A stretch of DNA of 64,000 nucleotides from Gammaproteobacteria bacterium. Its GTDB lineage: Bacteria > Pseudomonadota > Gammaproteobacteria > Arenicellales > Poriferihabitantaceae. The translations under genes were made by a program, and so were the position numbers. The notes below the pieces were generated by a model. The model saw nothing but the letters and a program-made list of their open reading frames with translations. It ran no database searches and was not told where the DNA came from. Where the stretch lies: NCBI GenBank assembly GCA_030432755.1, contig JAUILZ010000007.1:92389-156388 (forward strand), given 5' to 3'. How positions within the stretch are numbered: position 1 is the first letter of the stretch; every line of letters starts with the position of its first letter. Positions 27,778-38,542 of this stretch are shown here, in pieces.

Positions 27778-29297
27778 ACGCGGTACAGCCAGCGTCATCT
27801 GCATCGCCCATGTCTCTCGGTACGTTGCTGGCCGGCATGCAGGATTGCGATCCCGTACCTGCGGCGCTGGAGAGCAGGTCGGTCGCGGGAATTTCCCTCG
27901 ACAGCCGCCGTGTATCCGGCGGCGACCTGTTCGTCGCCCTGCCGGGGTCCGCCGGGGACGGCCGTGCCCATGCCGGGGAGGCCCTGTCCGCGGGCGCGCT
28001 GGCGGTGGCATTCGAGCGCGCCGATGCGCCGGAAGAGTGTCTGCGGCTTCGCGATGAGCATCTCGCGTTCGCGGTTGGCGATCTCCGGGAGCAGCTCGGC
28101 GTCATGGCGGCGCGCTACTTTGGCGATCCCTCGCTGGCGCTCGAGGTGATCGGCATCACCGGCACCAACGGCAAGACCACCTGCGCCTGGCTGCTGACCC
28201 AGGCGCTGGAGCGGCTTGGCCGGCGCAGCGTGATGCTTGGCACCATTGGCCAGGGATTCACGGATTCGTTGTCGGCTGCGTCGTTGACCACCGGCGACGC
28301 GGTGGCAACCCAGCAGGCATTGCGACACTGGCTCGACCAGGGCGCCCAGGCGGCCTGCATGGAAGTGTCTTCCCATGGCCTGGACCAGGGCAGGGTAAAC
28401 GGGGTGCGCTTCCGCGTCGCGGTATTCACCAACCTGACCCGGGACCACCTCGACTATCACGGCGACATGGCGACCTATGCCGCGGCGAAGAAACGGCTGT
28501 TTGATTTCCCGTGGCTCGATGCGGCGGTCGTCAACGTGGACGATCCGGTGGGCCGCGATATCGCCGCCGCGAATGGCGCCGCGCGCACCCTGACATACGG
28601 CAGATCCGGCGCCGACCTGGTGGCGGAGAACATCCGCCTCGCTATCGACGGCATAGCGTTCGACTGGCAATTGGAAGGTCGGCGTTACGCTGCGCGTTCG
28701 ACGCTGCTGGGCGAAGTCAACCTGCCGAACCTGCTGGCGGTGATCGGCGCGTTGCTGGCGCGCGGTCACGCACCGGAGCGGATCGCCGAAGTGCTGCCCG
28801 GCCTCAAGGCCGCTCCGGGGCGCATGGAATTGGTGCCCGGCCCCGTGGGGCGGCCAACGGTGGTGGTTGATTACGCGCATACGCCGGACTCCCTCGACCG
28901 CGCGTTGACCTCCCTGCGACCGCTGGTGCGCGGGCGACTCATCACCGTGTTCGGTTGCGGTGGCGATCGCGATCGTGGCAAGCGCGCACCCATGGGAGCC
29001 GCCGCGGCGCGCCACGCGGACGAAGTCGTGATCACCAACGACAATCCCCGTGGCGAGGACCCCGCCACGATCGCGCGCATGGCGCTTGAAGGCGCGACCG
29101 CGGAGCGCGCGGACATCCCCCGCAGGGTCGAACTCGACCGGGCGCGGGCAATCCGCGCGGCGGTGGCCTCCGCGGCCGAGGACGACCTCGTCCTGATCGC
29201 GGGCAAGGGCCACGAAACCGTCCAGGTCATCGGCGACCAGACGCTTCCGTTCAGCGATGTGCTGGTGGCGCGCGCGGCGCTGGAGGAGGTGCGGTGA
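27774..29297 (+). CDS. murE: UDP-N-acetylmuramoyl-L-alanyl-D-glutamate--2,6-diaminopimelate ligase MurE
   Basis: GITGTNGKTT, DYAHTPDSL, and the DNPR motif (ITNDNPRGEDP). The GTG start overlaps the ftsI stop (GTGA). Confidence 0.95.
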   Translation: MNAVQPASSASPMSLGTLLAGMQDCDPVPAALESRSVAGISLDSRRVSGGDLFVALPGSAGDGRAHAGEALSAGALAVAFERADAPEECLRLRDEHLAFAVGDLREQLGVMAARYFGDPSLALEVIGITGTNGKTTCAWLLTQALERLGRRSVMLGTIGQGFTDSLSAASLTTGDAVATQQALRHWLDQGAQAACMEVSSHGLDQGRVNGVRFRVAVFTNLTRDHLDYHGDMATYAAAKKRLFDFPWLDAAVVNVDDPVGRDIAAANGAARTLTYGRSGADLVAENIRLAIDGIAFDWQLEGRRYAARSTLLGEVNLPNLLAVIGALLARGHAPERIAEVLPGLKAAPGRMELVPGPVGRPTVVVDYAHTPDSLDRALTSLRPLVRGRLITVFGCGGDRDRGKRAPMGAAAARHADEVVITNDNPRGEDPATIARMALEGATAERADIPRRVELDRARAIRAAVASAAEDDLVLIAGKGHETVQVIGDQTLPFSDVLVARAALEEVR

Positions 29298-30667
29298 TGA
29301 CCTTGTCGCGCGTAGCCGAAATCACGGGGGGCAGCCTGCACGGCGCGGATCGCGCGTTTTCCGGCGTTGGTATCGATTCGCGCGCCATCGGCGATGGCGA
29401 ACTGTTCGTCGCCATAGCGGGAGAAAATTTCGACGGCCACGACTTCGTCGCCGCGGCGGTGGCGCGGGGCGCGGCGGGCGCCCTGGTTGTACGAGCGGTG
29501 GATGCCGCTATCGACCAGGTGACCGTGGACGACACGACCCTGGCGCTGGGCAAGCTGGCCGCCGACTGGCGGCGGCAATACCGCGGACCCGTGATCGGCA
29601 TTACCGGCAGCAATGGCAAGACCACGGTTACCGCCATGGTGCGGGACATTCTCGCGGTCTCCGGAAACCCGCTTGCGCCGCGCGAGAGCTTCAACAACCA
29701 GTGGGGCGTGCCGTTGACCCTGCTCGCCCTGCGCGATGACCACAGCCACGCGGTGATCGAGATGGGGATGAACCATCCCGGTGAGATCGACTACCTCGCC
29801 GATATCGCCAAACCCGACGTGGCGCTGATCAACAACGCCGCCGCCGCGCACCTGGAAGGCCTCGGCAGCGTGGAACGGGTGGCGGACGCCAAGGGCGAGA
29901 TCCTCGACCACCTGGACGACGATGGCGTCGCGGTACTGAACCGTGACGATGCGTTCTGCGACCACTGGCGTGAACGCGCAGGGCAACGACGGGTCATCAC
30001 CTTCGGCCAGGGCGCTGGCGCCGATATCCGCGCCCGGGGCATCGAGACGATCCAAGGCGGCATGCGCTTCGAGCTCACGGGCGCGGCGGGTGACGCGGTC
30101 ATCACCCTGGGCGTGCCCGGACGCCACAACGTGATGAATGCACTGGCTGCCATCACCTCCTGTCATGCCGTGGGCGTGGCATTGGCGGACGCGGTTACGG
30201 GGATCGCGCTATTTGCCGGGACCCCCGGACGTCTTCGGCGCAGCCGCACCGCCGCGGGCGGCATGCTCATCGATGACAGCTTCAACGCCAATCCGGCCTC
30301 GATCGCCGCTGCAATCGACGTGCTCGCGGAAACGAACGGCCGCAAGGTGCTCGTACTCGGCGCGATGGCGGAACTCGGCGCGGACGCCGCCACGCTCCAC
30401 GCCGGGGTGGGACGACAGGCGCGTGACGCCGGCCTTGATCGCCTGCTGGTGCTGGACGACAACGGCAATCCCGTGGTGGCCGGTTATGCGAAAGGGTGGG
30501 GCGCCGGGGCGGAAGTGTTCGCCACGGTCGACGACCTGGTGGCGGCGATCGGCGAGGACGCCGGCCAGGGAAGCACGATCCTGGTGAAGGGCTCCAAGTC
30601 GTCACGCATGGGGCGGGTGGTGCGCGCCCTGGAGGCCGGGCAGGACGGGGAGGGCGAGCCATGCTGA
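29294..30667 (+). CDS. murF: UDP-N-acetylmuramoyl-tripeptide--D-alanyl-D-alanine ligase MurF
   Basis: [37 protein letters not shown]. Confidence 0.95.
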   Translation: MMTLSRVAEITGGSLHGADRAFSGVGIDSRAIGDGELFVAIAGENFDGHDFVAAAVARGAAGALVVRAVDAAIDQVTVDDTTLALGKLAADWRRQYRGPVIGITGSNGKTTVTAMVRDILAVSGNPLAPRESFNNQWGVPLTLLALRDDHSHAVIEMGMNHPGEIDYLADIAKPDVALINNAAAAHLEGLGSVERVADAKGEILDHLDDDGVAVLNRDDAFCDHWRERAGQRRVITFGQGAGADIRARGIETIQGGMRFELTGAAGDAVITLGVPGRHNVMNALAAITSCHAVGVALADAVTGIALFAGTPGRLRRSRTAAGGMLIDDSFNANPASIAAAIDVLAETNGRKVLVLGAMAELGADAATLHAGVGRQARDAGLDRLLVLDDNGNPVVAGYAKGWGAGAEVFATVDDLVAAIGEDAGQGSTILVKGSKSSRMGRVVRALEAGQDGEGEPC

Positions 30668-31743
30668 CCTGGCTGTTCGAGTATCTCTCGCAGTACTACA
30701 CCGGCTTCAACGTGTTCCGCTATCTCACGCTGCGCGGCATTTGCGGCGTGCTCACCTCGATCACGATTTTCTTCCTGTTCGGCCCGGCGATGATCCGCAA
30801 GCTGAGCGAGTACCAGATCGGCCAGACCGTTCGCGACGACGGGCCGCCGACCCATTTCGACAAGGTCGGCACGCCGACCATGGGCGGCCTGCTGATTCTC
30901 ATCTCTGTGGTGGTGGCGACCCTGTTGTGGGCGGATCTCGGCAACCGTTTCGTCTGGGTGGTGCTGTTCACCACGGTGTCGTTCGGCATCATCGGCTGGA
31001 TCGACGACTACCGCAAGCTGGTGGACCGTAATCCCCGCGGCATGGGCGCGCGCAACAAGTTCATCGCCCAGACCCTGGCCGGCGCCGGCGCCGCCTGCTT
31101 CCTCTACTTCAATGCGCAGACGCCGGCGGAAACCGCGCTTCTGGTGCCGCTGGTCAAGGATGTCTACATACCCCTCGGGATCGGCTTTGTTTTCGTCGCC
31201 TGGTTCGTGGTCGTCGGCACCAGCAACGCGGTAAACCTCACCGACGGCCTAGATGGTCTCGCGATCATGCCCACGGTGATGGTGGCGGGGGCGCTCGGCA
31301 TATTCGCCTACGTCACCGGTAACTCGATCTACTCGGAATACCTCGGCATTCCCTATATCGCCGGCTCTGGCGAGGTGCTGATCTTCTGCGCTTCGCTGGT
31401 GGGGGCGGGTCTCGGCTTCCTCTGGTTCAACACCTATCCGGCGCAGGTGTTCATGGGGGACATCGGCGCGCTGTCACTGGGCGCCGCCATCGGCATCGTC
31501 GCGGTCATCGTGCGCCAGGAGATCGTGCTCATGGTGATGGGCGGGATCTTCGTCGTCGAGACGGTGTCTGTGATCCTGCAGGTGGCGTCGTTCAAGCTGG
31601 TGGGCCGGCGCATCTTCCGCATGGCGCCGCTCCATCATCACTTCGAGCTCAAGGGCTGGCCCGAACCGCGGGTAATCGTGCGCTTCTGGATCATCAGCCT
31701 GATGCTGGTGCTGGTGGGTCTCGCGACGTTGAAGGTGCGCTGA
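30661..31743 (+). CDS. mraY: Phospho-N-acetylmuramoyl-pentapeptide-transferase MraY
   Basis: [44 protein letters not shown]. The start is taken at the ATG at 30661. Confidence 0.96.
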   Translation: MLTWLFEYLSQYYTGFNVFRYLTLRGICGVLTSITIFFLFGPAMIRKLSEYQIGQTVRDDGPPTHFDKVGTPTMGGLLILISVVVATLLWADLGNRFVWVVLFTTVSFGIIGWIDDYRKLVDRNPRGMGARNKFIAQTLAGAGAACFLYFNAQTPAETALLVPLVKDVYIPLGIGFVFVAWFVVVGTSNAVNLTDGLDGLAIMPTVMVAGALGIFAYVTGNSIYSEYLGIPYIAGSGEVLIFCASLVGAGLGFLWFNTYPAQVFMGDIGALSLGAAIGIVAVIVRQEIVLMVMGGIFVVETVSVILQVASFKLVGRRIFRMAPLHHHFELKGWPEPRVIVRFWIISLMLVLVGLATLKVR

Positions 31744-33074
31744 TGATGGCGGCCCGGCAAATCTCCGCCGCGCGTCTCCCGGTGCTGGTGGTGGGACTCG
31801 GTCTCACAGGCTGGTCGGTGGTGCGCCATCTCGTTGCCCGTGGAGAGGAGGTCGTGGTCACCGATACCCGCGCCGATCCGCCCTACCTGGACGAACTGCG
31901 CAGGACTTATCCCGATGTCACCGTGCTGCCACCCGGCAGCGACTTCGACGCGCACGGTTATGCCGAAGTGGTAGCGAGCCCCGGGATCGCGGTAGCGGGA
32001 GACAACGTCATCGGTGATATCGAGCTTTATGCGCGCGAGACCCGCGTGCCGGTGGTGGGTATCACGGGCTCCAATGGCAAGTCCACGGTGACCATGCTGG
32101 TGCAGGCGATGCTGGACGCCGGGTCTACCCGGGCAATGGCCGGCGGCAATATCGGCACCCCTGCGCTGGAACTTCTGAACGCGCCCATAGTGGATTTCCA
32201 CGTGCTGGAACTGTCGAGTTTCCAGCTGGAGACCACTTTCAGCCTGCGCCCGGTGTCGTCGGTAGTGCTCAACCTGAGCGAGGATCACCTGGACCGTTAC
32301 CCGGGCATGGCGGAATACGCGGCGGCGAAGCTGCGTGTCTACGAGCATGCCGCGCGCCGCGTCATCAACCGCGACGATCCCGCGCTCGCCCCCCTGGCCG
32401 GGCGCGACGGCGATGTGACCTTCGGCATGGACGCGCCCGAAGATGGAAACTTTGGCCTGCGCGAGATCGATGGCGAGCGCTGGTTCTGCCGCGGCGACGA
32501 GCCCCTCGCGCCTGTGGGCGCGATGGCGCTTCGCGGTGAACAGAACATTGCCAACCTGCTCGCGGCCATGGCGCTCGCGGAAACCGCGCTCGCCGGCAAG
32601 GGCCAGGTCCTGGATGCCGCCCGGCTGGCCGCGGGACTCGCCTACGCCGGCCTGCCGCACCGCTGCGAGCCCGTCGCGACCACCGATGGTCTCCACTGGG
32701 TCAACGATTCCAAGGGCACCAACGTTGGCGCCACGGTTGCCGCTATCCGCGGCGTCGCCCGGCCGATGATCCTCATCGCCGGTGGCCAGGGCAAGGGGGC
32801 GGATTTCGCCCCGCTGCGCGCGGCGATCGATGACGGCGTCCGCGGCGTCATCCTGATCGGCGAGGATGCGCCAGTCCTGGAAAAGGCACTCGATGGTGCC
32901 GCGCCACTCTGGCGCGAGGCCTCCCTGGAGGATGCCATCCGCCGCGCCGCGGACATCGGCAGGCCGGGAGACACCGTGTTGTTCTCGCCCGCCTGCGCCA
33001 GCTTCGACATGTTCGACAGCTATGTCCATCGTGGCGACACCTTCCGCCGGCTGGTCACGGAGTTGAGCGCATAG
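31743..33074 (+). CDS. murD: UDP-N-acetylmuramoylalanine--D-glutamate ligase MurD
   Basis: [42 protein letters not shown]. Confidence 0.95.
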   Translation: MMAARQISAARLPVLVVGLGLTGWSVVRHLVARGEEVVVTDTRADPPYLDELRRTYPDVTVLPPGSDFDAHGYAEVVASPGIAVAGDNVIGDIELYARETRVPVVGITGSNGKSTVTMLVQAMLDAGSTRAMAGGNIGTPALELLNAPIVDFHVLELSSFQLETTFSLRPVSSVVLNLSEDHLDRYPGMAEYAAAKLRVYEHAARRVINRDDPALAPLAGRDGDVTFGMDAPEDGNFGLREIDGERWFCRGDEPLAPVGAMALRGEQNIANLLAAMALAETALAGKGQVLDAARLAAGLAYAGLPHRCEPVATTDGLHWVNDSKGTNVGATVAAIRGVARPMILIAGGQGKGADFAPLRAAIDDGVRGVILIGEDAPVLEKALDGAAPLWREASLEDAIRRAADIGRPGDTVLFSPACASFDMFDSYVHRGDTFRRLVTELSA

Positions 33075-33081
33075 CACGCCG

Positions 33082-34257
33082 ATGAATACCTTTACCGCAC
33101 ACAATCCGAACCAGGCCCTGCCCGCGGAACCCATGGAGGACATCCCGGCCCAGGACCCGTGGCTGGTGATCACCCTGGTGGCGCTTGTCAGCCTGGGCGC
33201 GGTGATGGTGTTCTCCGCCACCGTGGCGGCTGACAGCGGTTCACTCGCCTTCAACGATCATCACCTGCAGCGCCATCTCGTCCACGTGGCGCTCGGCGGA
33301 GTCCTCCTGTTACTGGCGATGCGTATACCGCTCGACTGGTTGCAGGTGAGCAGTCGCGCCATCCTCGTCGCCGGCCTCGTCATGCTGATCCTTTTGTTCG
33401 TTCCCGGCGTCGGGCGCGAGGTGAATGGCAGCCTGCGCTGGTTCGATCTTGGTGGCTTTCGCATGCAGCCGTCGGAGTTCATGAAGATCGCGGCGCTGAT
33501 CTATTTCGCCGACTACCTTGCGCGCAAGAAGGACGATCTGCACCTGTTCAAGGTGGGCATCATCAACGTCGGCCTGGTGGCAGGCGCCATCGGCCTGCTG
33601 CTGTTGCTGCAGCCGGATTTCGGCACCACCGCGGTGCTCTTCACCACCGTGGCCGGGATGATGTTCCTCGCCGGGGTCCGCTTCTGGCACTACCTCGTCA
33701 GCATCAGCGTGGCGGGCGCGCTGATGACGCTGCTCATGTGGATGGAACCCTACCGCGTGCAGCGCCTGCTGAGCTATCGCGACCCCTGGGCGGATCCCTT
33801 TGGCTCCGGATTCCAGCTGACCCAGGCATTGATCGCGATTGGTCGCGGGGAATGGTTCGGCGCCGGCCTCGGCAGCAGTATCCAGAAGCTCTTCTACCTG
33901 CCGCATGCGCGCAACGACTTTCTCATCGCGGTGATCGGCGAGGAGCTCGGGGCGGTGGGCATCTTCTGCGTGATCGGCCTGTTCGCCGTCCTCCTGTGGC
34001 GCGCCTTCGTGGTGGCCCGACGGGCCATCGAACAGGGACATCGCTTCGCCGCCTTCCTCGCCCAGGGTGTCGGCCTGCTGCTCTGCGTCCAGGCGATCGT
34101 GCACATCGCCGTGAACACCGGCCTTCTGCCCACCAAGGGCCTGACCCTCCCACTGATGAGCTACGGCGGCAGCAGCATGCTGTCCTGCATGATCGCGGCG
34201 GGCCTGCTGCTTGGCGTGGACCGGCAGTGCCGGCCGGTGCCGGGGAGGACGCGATGA
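33082..34257 (+). CDS. ftsW: Peptidoglycan glycosyltransferase FtsW (SEDS family)
   Basis: 391 aa polytopic membrane protein. RMQPSEFMKIA, LQPDFGT, LPHARNDFL, GLLPTKGLTLPLMSYGGSS. Confidence 0.95.
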   Translation: MNTFTAHNPNQALPAEPMEDIPAQDPWLVITLVALVSLGAVMVFSATVAADSGSLAFNDHHLQRHLVHVALGGVLLLLAMRIPLDWLQVSSRAILVAGLVMLILLFVPGVGREVNGSLRWFDLGGFRMQPSEFMKIAALIYFADYLARKKDDLHLFKVGIINVGLVAGAIGLLLLLQPDFGTTAVLFTTVAGMMFLAGVRFWHYLVSISVAGALMTLLMWMEPYRVQRLLSYRDPWADPFGSGFQLTQALIAIGRGEWFGAGLGSSIQKLFYLPHARNDFLIAVIGEELGAVGIFCVIGLFAVLLWRAFVVARRAIEQGHRFAAFLAQGVGLLLCVQAIVHIAVNTGLLPTKGLTLPLMSYGGSSMLSCMIAAGLLLGVDRQCRPVPGRTR

Positions 34258-35324
34258 CCCGGATGATGATCATGGCGGGAGGCACCGGTGGTCATGTCAT
34301 GCCGGCCCTCGCGGTGGCGCGCCAACTGCGCGAGCGCGGCGCCGAGGTGCGCTGGATGGGCAATGCCGACGGCCTCGAGTCGACGCTGGCGACCGCTGAT
34401 GGCTTTGAGCTGGACGCCATCCATATCCGTGGCCTGCGGCAGAGCGGTCTCGCGCGCAAGCTGGCGATGCCCTGGATGCTCGCCCAGGCCTGCGCACGTT
34501 CGCTGCGGATCTTTCGCGAACGCAAGCCCGAGGTGCTGCTGGGCATGGGCGGATTCGTCTCCGGTCCCGGTGGCCTCGTGGCCGGGATACTGCGCAAGCC
34601 GCTGGTGCTGCACGAGCAGAATGCCGTGGCGGGACTCACCAATCGCTGGCTGGCGCGTCTCGCCACCCGGGTGTTGACGGGATTCCCCGATACCGAGGGG
34701 CTGTCCATGGGGCAGTGGGTAGGAAACCCGGTGCGGCGTGATATCGCCGACCTGCCCGCGCCCCGCGAACGACTCGCGGAGCGTGACGGCTTTCTGCGGC
34801 TGCTCGTCGTCGGCGGCAGCCAGGGCGCGAGGGTGTTCAATGAGGAACTGCCCGGACTGCTCGCGACACGATTCACCGGCCGTATCGAGGTGCTGCACCA
34901 GTGCGGCCGCAACAACGCGGAACCGGTGATCTCGGCATACGCGGACCGCGGAATCGACGCCCGGGTGCAGGATTTTATTGAAGACATGGCCGCGGCCTAC
35001 GCCTGGTGCGACGTGGTGGTCTGTCGCGCCGGGGCGATGACCGTGGCCGAGGTCTGCGCCGCGGGCGCGGTCGCGATCTTCGTGCCCTATCCCTTCGCGG
35101 TGAACGATCACCAGGCGCGCAACGCTGACTATCTCGCACGCCAGGACGCGGCGTTCAGCGTGCCCCAGCCCGCATTCATCGACGGCGACTGGCTGGGCCG
35201 GCTGGACGTTCTGGCGCGGGACCGCGGCAAGCTGCTGGAGATGGCGGAGAAGTCGCGCGCGCTGGCGAAACCCGATGCCGCGAAAACGGTGGCGGACATC
35301 TGCGAGGCGCTGGCCCATGCGTGA
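34254..35324 (+). CDS. murG: UDP-N-acetylglucosamine--N-acetylmuramyl-(pentapeptide) pyrophosphoryl-undecaprenol GlcNAc transferase MurG
   Basis: MIMAGGTGGHVMPALAVA, HEQNAVAGLTNR, VVCRAGAMTVAE. The start is taken at the ATG at 34254; the upstream part of the ORF-track frame overlaps ftsW. Confidence 0.95.
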   Translation: MTRMMIMAGGTGGHVMPALAVARQLRERGAEVRWMGNADGLESTLATADGFELDAIHIRGLRQSGLARKLAMPWMLAQACARSLRIFRERKPEVLLGMGGFVSGPGGLVAGILRKPLVLHEQNAVAGLTNRWLARLATRVLTGFPDTEGLSMGQWVGNPVRRDIADLPAPRERLAERDGFLRLLVVGGSQGARVFNEELPGLLATRFTGRIEVLHQCGRNNAEPVISAYADRGIDARVQDFIEDMAAAYAWCDVVVCRAGAMTVAEVCAAGAVAIFVPYPFAVNDHQARNADYLARQDAAFSVPQPAFIDGDWLGRLDVLARDRGKLLEMAEKSRALAKPDAAKTVADICEALAHA

Positions 35325-36717
35325 ATTCGTCCGCCGCATTCACTTCGTCGGCATCGGCGGCATCGGCATGAGCGGCATCGCCGAGGTACTGATCAGCGAG
35401 GGATTCACCGTCTCCGGGTCCGACATGTCGCGCAACGCGATCGTCGATCGGCTGGCGCGCGCGGGTGCGCGCATCCACATCGGTCACGATGCGGCGAACA
35501 TCGAGGGTGCGGACGCGGTGGTGACCTCGTCGGCGGTGAGTCGCGACAACGTCGAGGTGCAGGCCGCCCAGGCGCAGCAGATCCCGCTGGTGCAGCGCGC
35601 CGAGATGCTCGGTGAGCTGATGCGTTTCCGTCGCGGGATTGCCATCGCCGGCACCCACGGCAAGACCACCACCACGAGCCTGGTCTCCGCGGTGCTCGCT
35701 TCGGCGGGACTCGATCCGACTTTCGTCATCGGCGGGGTGGTCAACAGCGCCCGCACCAACGCGCGCCTGGGGCGCGGCGAGTACCTCGTCGCCGAGGCGG
35801 ACGAGAGCGATGCCTCGTTTCTCCACCTGCAGCCACAGATGGCTGTGATCACCAACATCGACGCCGATCACATGGAGACCTATGGCGGCGATTTCGAGCG
35901 CCTGCGTCGTACCTACCTGGCCTTCCTGCATAACCTGCCGTTCTACGGTCTCGCGGTACTGTGCTTCGACGACCCGGAAGTGCGCGCCCTGGTGCCGGAC
36001 CTGTCGCGGCGCTTCCTCAGCTACGGTCTCGAGGAGGGCGCCGACTTCCGCGCCACGGAGATCCGCTTCGAGGGACGCGACAGTTACTTCAAGGTCCAGG
36101 GTCCAACCGGCGAGCTTGGGGAATTCCGCCTCGCGATGCCCGGCGAGCACAACGTGCAGAATGCCCTCGCGGCGATCTGCATCGCCAGCAAGCTGGAGAT
36201 CGGCATGGGCCACGTGCGCCGGGCGCTCGCCGATTTCGAGGGCATCGGCCGGCGCTTCCAGACCATCGGCACCATCGCGGTAGACGGTGGCGAGGTGGAA
36301 ATGGTGGACGACTATGCCCACCACCCACGGGAACTGCGCGCCACCCTGCGCGCCGCGCATGGCTGCTGGCCGGACCGGCGCATTGTCGCGGTGTTCCAAC
36401 CTCACCGCTATTCCCGCACCCGCGACCTGTTCGATGACTTCGCCCAGTTACTGTCCGAACTCGACAACCTGATCGTCACCGAGGTCTATCCCGCGGGCGA
36501 GGCCCCCATCTCCGGCGCCGACGGGCGCGCGCTCTGCAAGGCGATCCGCAAGCGTGGTCGCGACCCGATCTTCGTCCAGGACCTGGATGAGCTGCGCGTC
36601 CTGCTGCCCGGCTACCTCCAGCCCGGCGACGTTCTACTGACCCTGGGAGCCGGCGACATCGGTCGATTCGCCAACGCGCTCTGCGCCAGCGGTCTCGACC
36701 CGGAGGAGGGCAAATGA
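35317..36717 (+). CDS. murC: UDP-N-acetylmuramate--L-alanine ligase MurC
   Basis: IHFVGIGGIGMSGIAEVL, AGTHGKTTTTS, DDYAHHP. Confidence 0.95.
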   Translation: MREFVRRIHFVGIGGIGMSGIAEVLISEGFTVSGSDMSRNAIVDRLARAGARIHIGHDAANIEGADAVVTSSAVSRDNVEVQAAQAQQIPLVQRAEMLGELMRFRRGIAIAGTHGKTTTTSLVSAVLASAGLDPTFVIGGVVNSARTNARLGRGEYLVAEADESDASFLHLQPQMAVITNIDADHMETYGGDFERLRRTYLAFLHNLPFYGLAVLCFDDPEVRALVPDLSRRFLSYGLEEGADFRATEIRFEGRDSYFKVQGPTGELGEFRLAMPGEHNVQNALAAICIASKLEIGMGHVRRALADFEGIGRRFQTIGTIAVDGGEVEMVDDYAHHPRELRATLRAAHGCWPDRRIVAVFQPHRYSRTRDLFDDFAQLLSELDNLIVTEVYPAGEAPISGADGRALCKAIRKRGRDPIFVQDLDELRVLLPGYLQPGDVLLTLGAGDIGRFANALCASGLDPEEGK

Positions 36718-37634
36718 TGGCGGCCAGGAAACTGCCCCCGCTACCGTTCGATACCGAAGGCTTGCGTGGTGAGCTGCGCTTGCGCGAGCCGATGTCTCGC
36801 CATACCAGCTGGCGCGTGGGGGGGCCGGCGGAGTTTTTCTACCAGCCGGCGGACAAGGCCGACGTGATAGCACTCATGCGCCGCCTTCCCGATGACTTGC
36901 CGGTGTACTGGCTGGGCCTCGGCAGCAACCTGTTGGTGCGCGATGGCGGCATTCCGGGCCTGGTGGTGAAAACGGTCAAGTCACTTGGTGAGCTGGTGCT
37001 GCTGGAAAATCAACGGCTCTACGCCGAGGCCGGGGTGACCTGCGCCAAGGTCGCGCGCAAGAGCGTTGCCGCGGGGCTTGCGGGGGCCGCCTTCCTGGCC
37101 GGGGTGCCGGGTTCGTTCGGCGGCGCGCTGGCGATGAATGCCGGCGCCTTCGGTGGCGAAACCTGGCCACTCGTGGAATCCGTGGAATGCGTGCAGCGCG
37201 GTGGAGCGGTGCTGCATTTCAACCGCGGCGAGATTGGCTACGGTTACCGCCGGGTGGAACTGCCCGCGGATTGCTTCCTGCTGTCCGGCGTGCTCGCACT
37301 GGGCGCTGGTTCGGGAGACGGCGGCCAGGCGGAAATCCGTGCCCTGCTGGAGAAACGTGGCGCCAGCCAGCCGGTGCAGAGCGCCAACGCCGGTTCGGTG
37401 TTCAAGAACCCGAAAGGCGGGTACGCGGCGCGGATTCTCGAGGACCTGGGGCTCAAGGGCCACCAGGTCGGCGGCGCGTGTTTCTCCACCAAGCATGCCA
37501 ATTTCATCATCAACGAAGGAACGGCCACAGCGCGCGACATCGAGGGATTGATCGAACTCGCGCGCCGGAAGGTGCGTGAAGAAACAGGCGTCGAACTCGA
37601 GCACGAGGTACGCATCGTGGGTGAGGCGTCATGA
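36714..37634 (+). CDS. murB: UDP-N-acetylenolpyruvoylglucosamine reductase MurB
   Basis: HTSWRVGGPAEFF, LGLGSNLLVRDGG, AGSVFKNP, HANFIINEG. Confidence 0.93.
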   Translation: MMAARKLPPLPFDTEGLRGELRLREPMSRHTSWRVGGPAEFFYQPADKADVIALMRRLPDDLPVYWLGLGSNLLVRDGGIPGLVVKTVKSLGELVLLENQRLYAEAGVTCAKVARKSVAAGLAGAAFLAGVPGSFGGALAMNAGAFGGETWPLVESVECVQRGGAVLHFNRGEIGYGYRRVELPADCFLLSGVLALGAGSGDGGQAEIRALLEKRGASQPVQSANAGSVFKNPKGGYAARILEDLGLKGHQVGGACFSTKHANFIINEGTATARDIEGLIELARRKVREETGVELEHEVRIVGEAS

Positions 37635-38539
37635 GCGCGAGATCCCTCGACACGCCGATGGACGACGCGGAATACGCCGACGGTGAACAACAGGGTCCGG
37701 TGGCGCGTTCCGGCCTGGTGGCGGCACTCGTCTTCGTTCTGCTGTTGGGAATGGTGGGGCTGTTCCTGCTCGATCGCCTCTACGATCCCGGGAAATTTCG
37801 CATCGAGGAAGTGGAAATCCGCGGCCAGTTCGAGCGCGTCGATCCGCAAATCGTGCGCGCGGCGGTGGTCGAAGAACTGGATGGCAACTATTTCTCCGCC
37901 AGCCTCTCCGGAATCGAGGAAGTGGTCAGCGACCTGCCCTGGGTTTTCGATGCCGCGGTGCGCCGCCGTTGGCCCGACACACTGGTGGTGGAGGTGGACG
38001 AGATCCAGCCCGTCGCCGCCTGGGGCGAGGATCGCTGGCTCAATGCCACCGGCGACCTGGTGGAGCGCGAGAACTGGGACGGCGATCTGCCGCGCCTCGA
38101 CGGGCCGGATGGTATGAAGGAGCCGATCTGGCGAGCCTTCCAGGAATGGCATGGCCTGTTCGCCGCCCAGGGCCTGTCTCTGGACCGGCTCGAATTCGAC
38201 GAGCGCGAATTGTGGTACCTCACGCTGTCACTGTCCGCCCTGGCGCTGGAGCGCATCGCGCCGCCGCTCGAAGCGGAGGAAGAAGCAGTGGAATCCGGAG
38301 AAAACAAGGCGGACGCGGAAACGGAAACCGATGCGCCCCTGCCCACCGCCGAGGTCACCATGATTGTCGACAACACAGACGCCGATGCCCGTATCCGGCG
38401 CCTGATCAGCGCCCTCAGGACCCAGTTACTTGCCGAGTTTCCCGGTATGCAATCCATCGACCTGCGCTATCCGAACGGCTTCGCCATCCACTGGACCAAC
38501 GGCGCCCCCGCTCCCCGGGCGCTCACCGAGTCGAACTGA
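37631..38539 (+). CDS. ftsQ: Cell division protein FtsQ
   Basis: 302 aa. N-terminal TM, POTRA-like RIEEVEIRGQFERVDPQ...WPDTLVVEV, and C-terminal SIDLRYPNGFAIHW. It sits between murB and ftsA. Confidence 0.88.
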   Translation: MSARSLDTPMDDAEYADGEQQGPVARSGLVAALVFVLLLGMVGLFLLDRLYDPGKFRIEEVEIRGQFERVDPQIVRAAVVEELDGNYFSASLSGIEEVVSDLPWVFDAAVRRRWPDTLVVEVDEIQPVAAWGEDRWLNATGDLVERENWDGDLPRLDGPDGMKEPIWRAFQEWHGLFAAQGLSLDRLEFDERELWYLTLSLSALALERIAPPLEAEEEAVESGENKADAETETDAPLPTAEVTMIVDNTDADARIRRLISALRTQLLAEFPGMQSIDLRYPNGFAIHWTNGAPAPRALTESN

Positions 38540-38542
38540 ACC

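Noticed and set aside
33738-34253. N-terminal extensions that the ORF track suggests for murG (33738), mraY (30496), ftsI (25882), rsmH (24588), sufC (53813), sufD (54789), the ParA-like gene (12689), ppnN (17216), gor (9426) and the OMP (21030).
   Set aside because: The extensions overlap the preceding genes and have Arg/Pro/Gly-rich junk composition. In each case an internal ATG coincides with the conserved family N-terminus.
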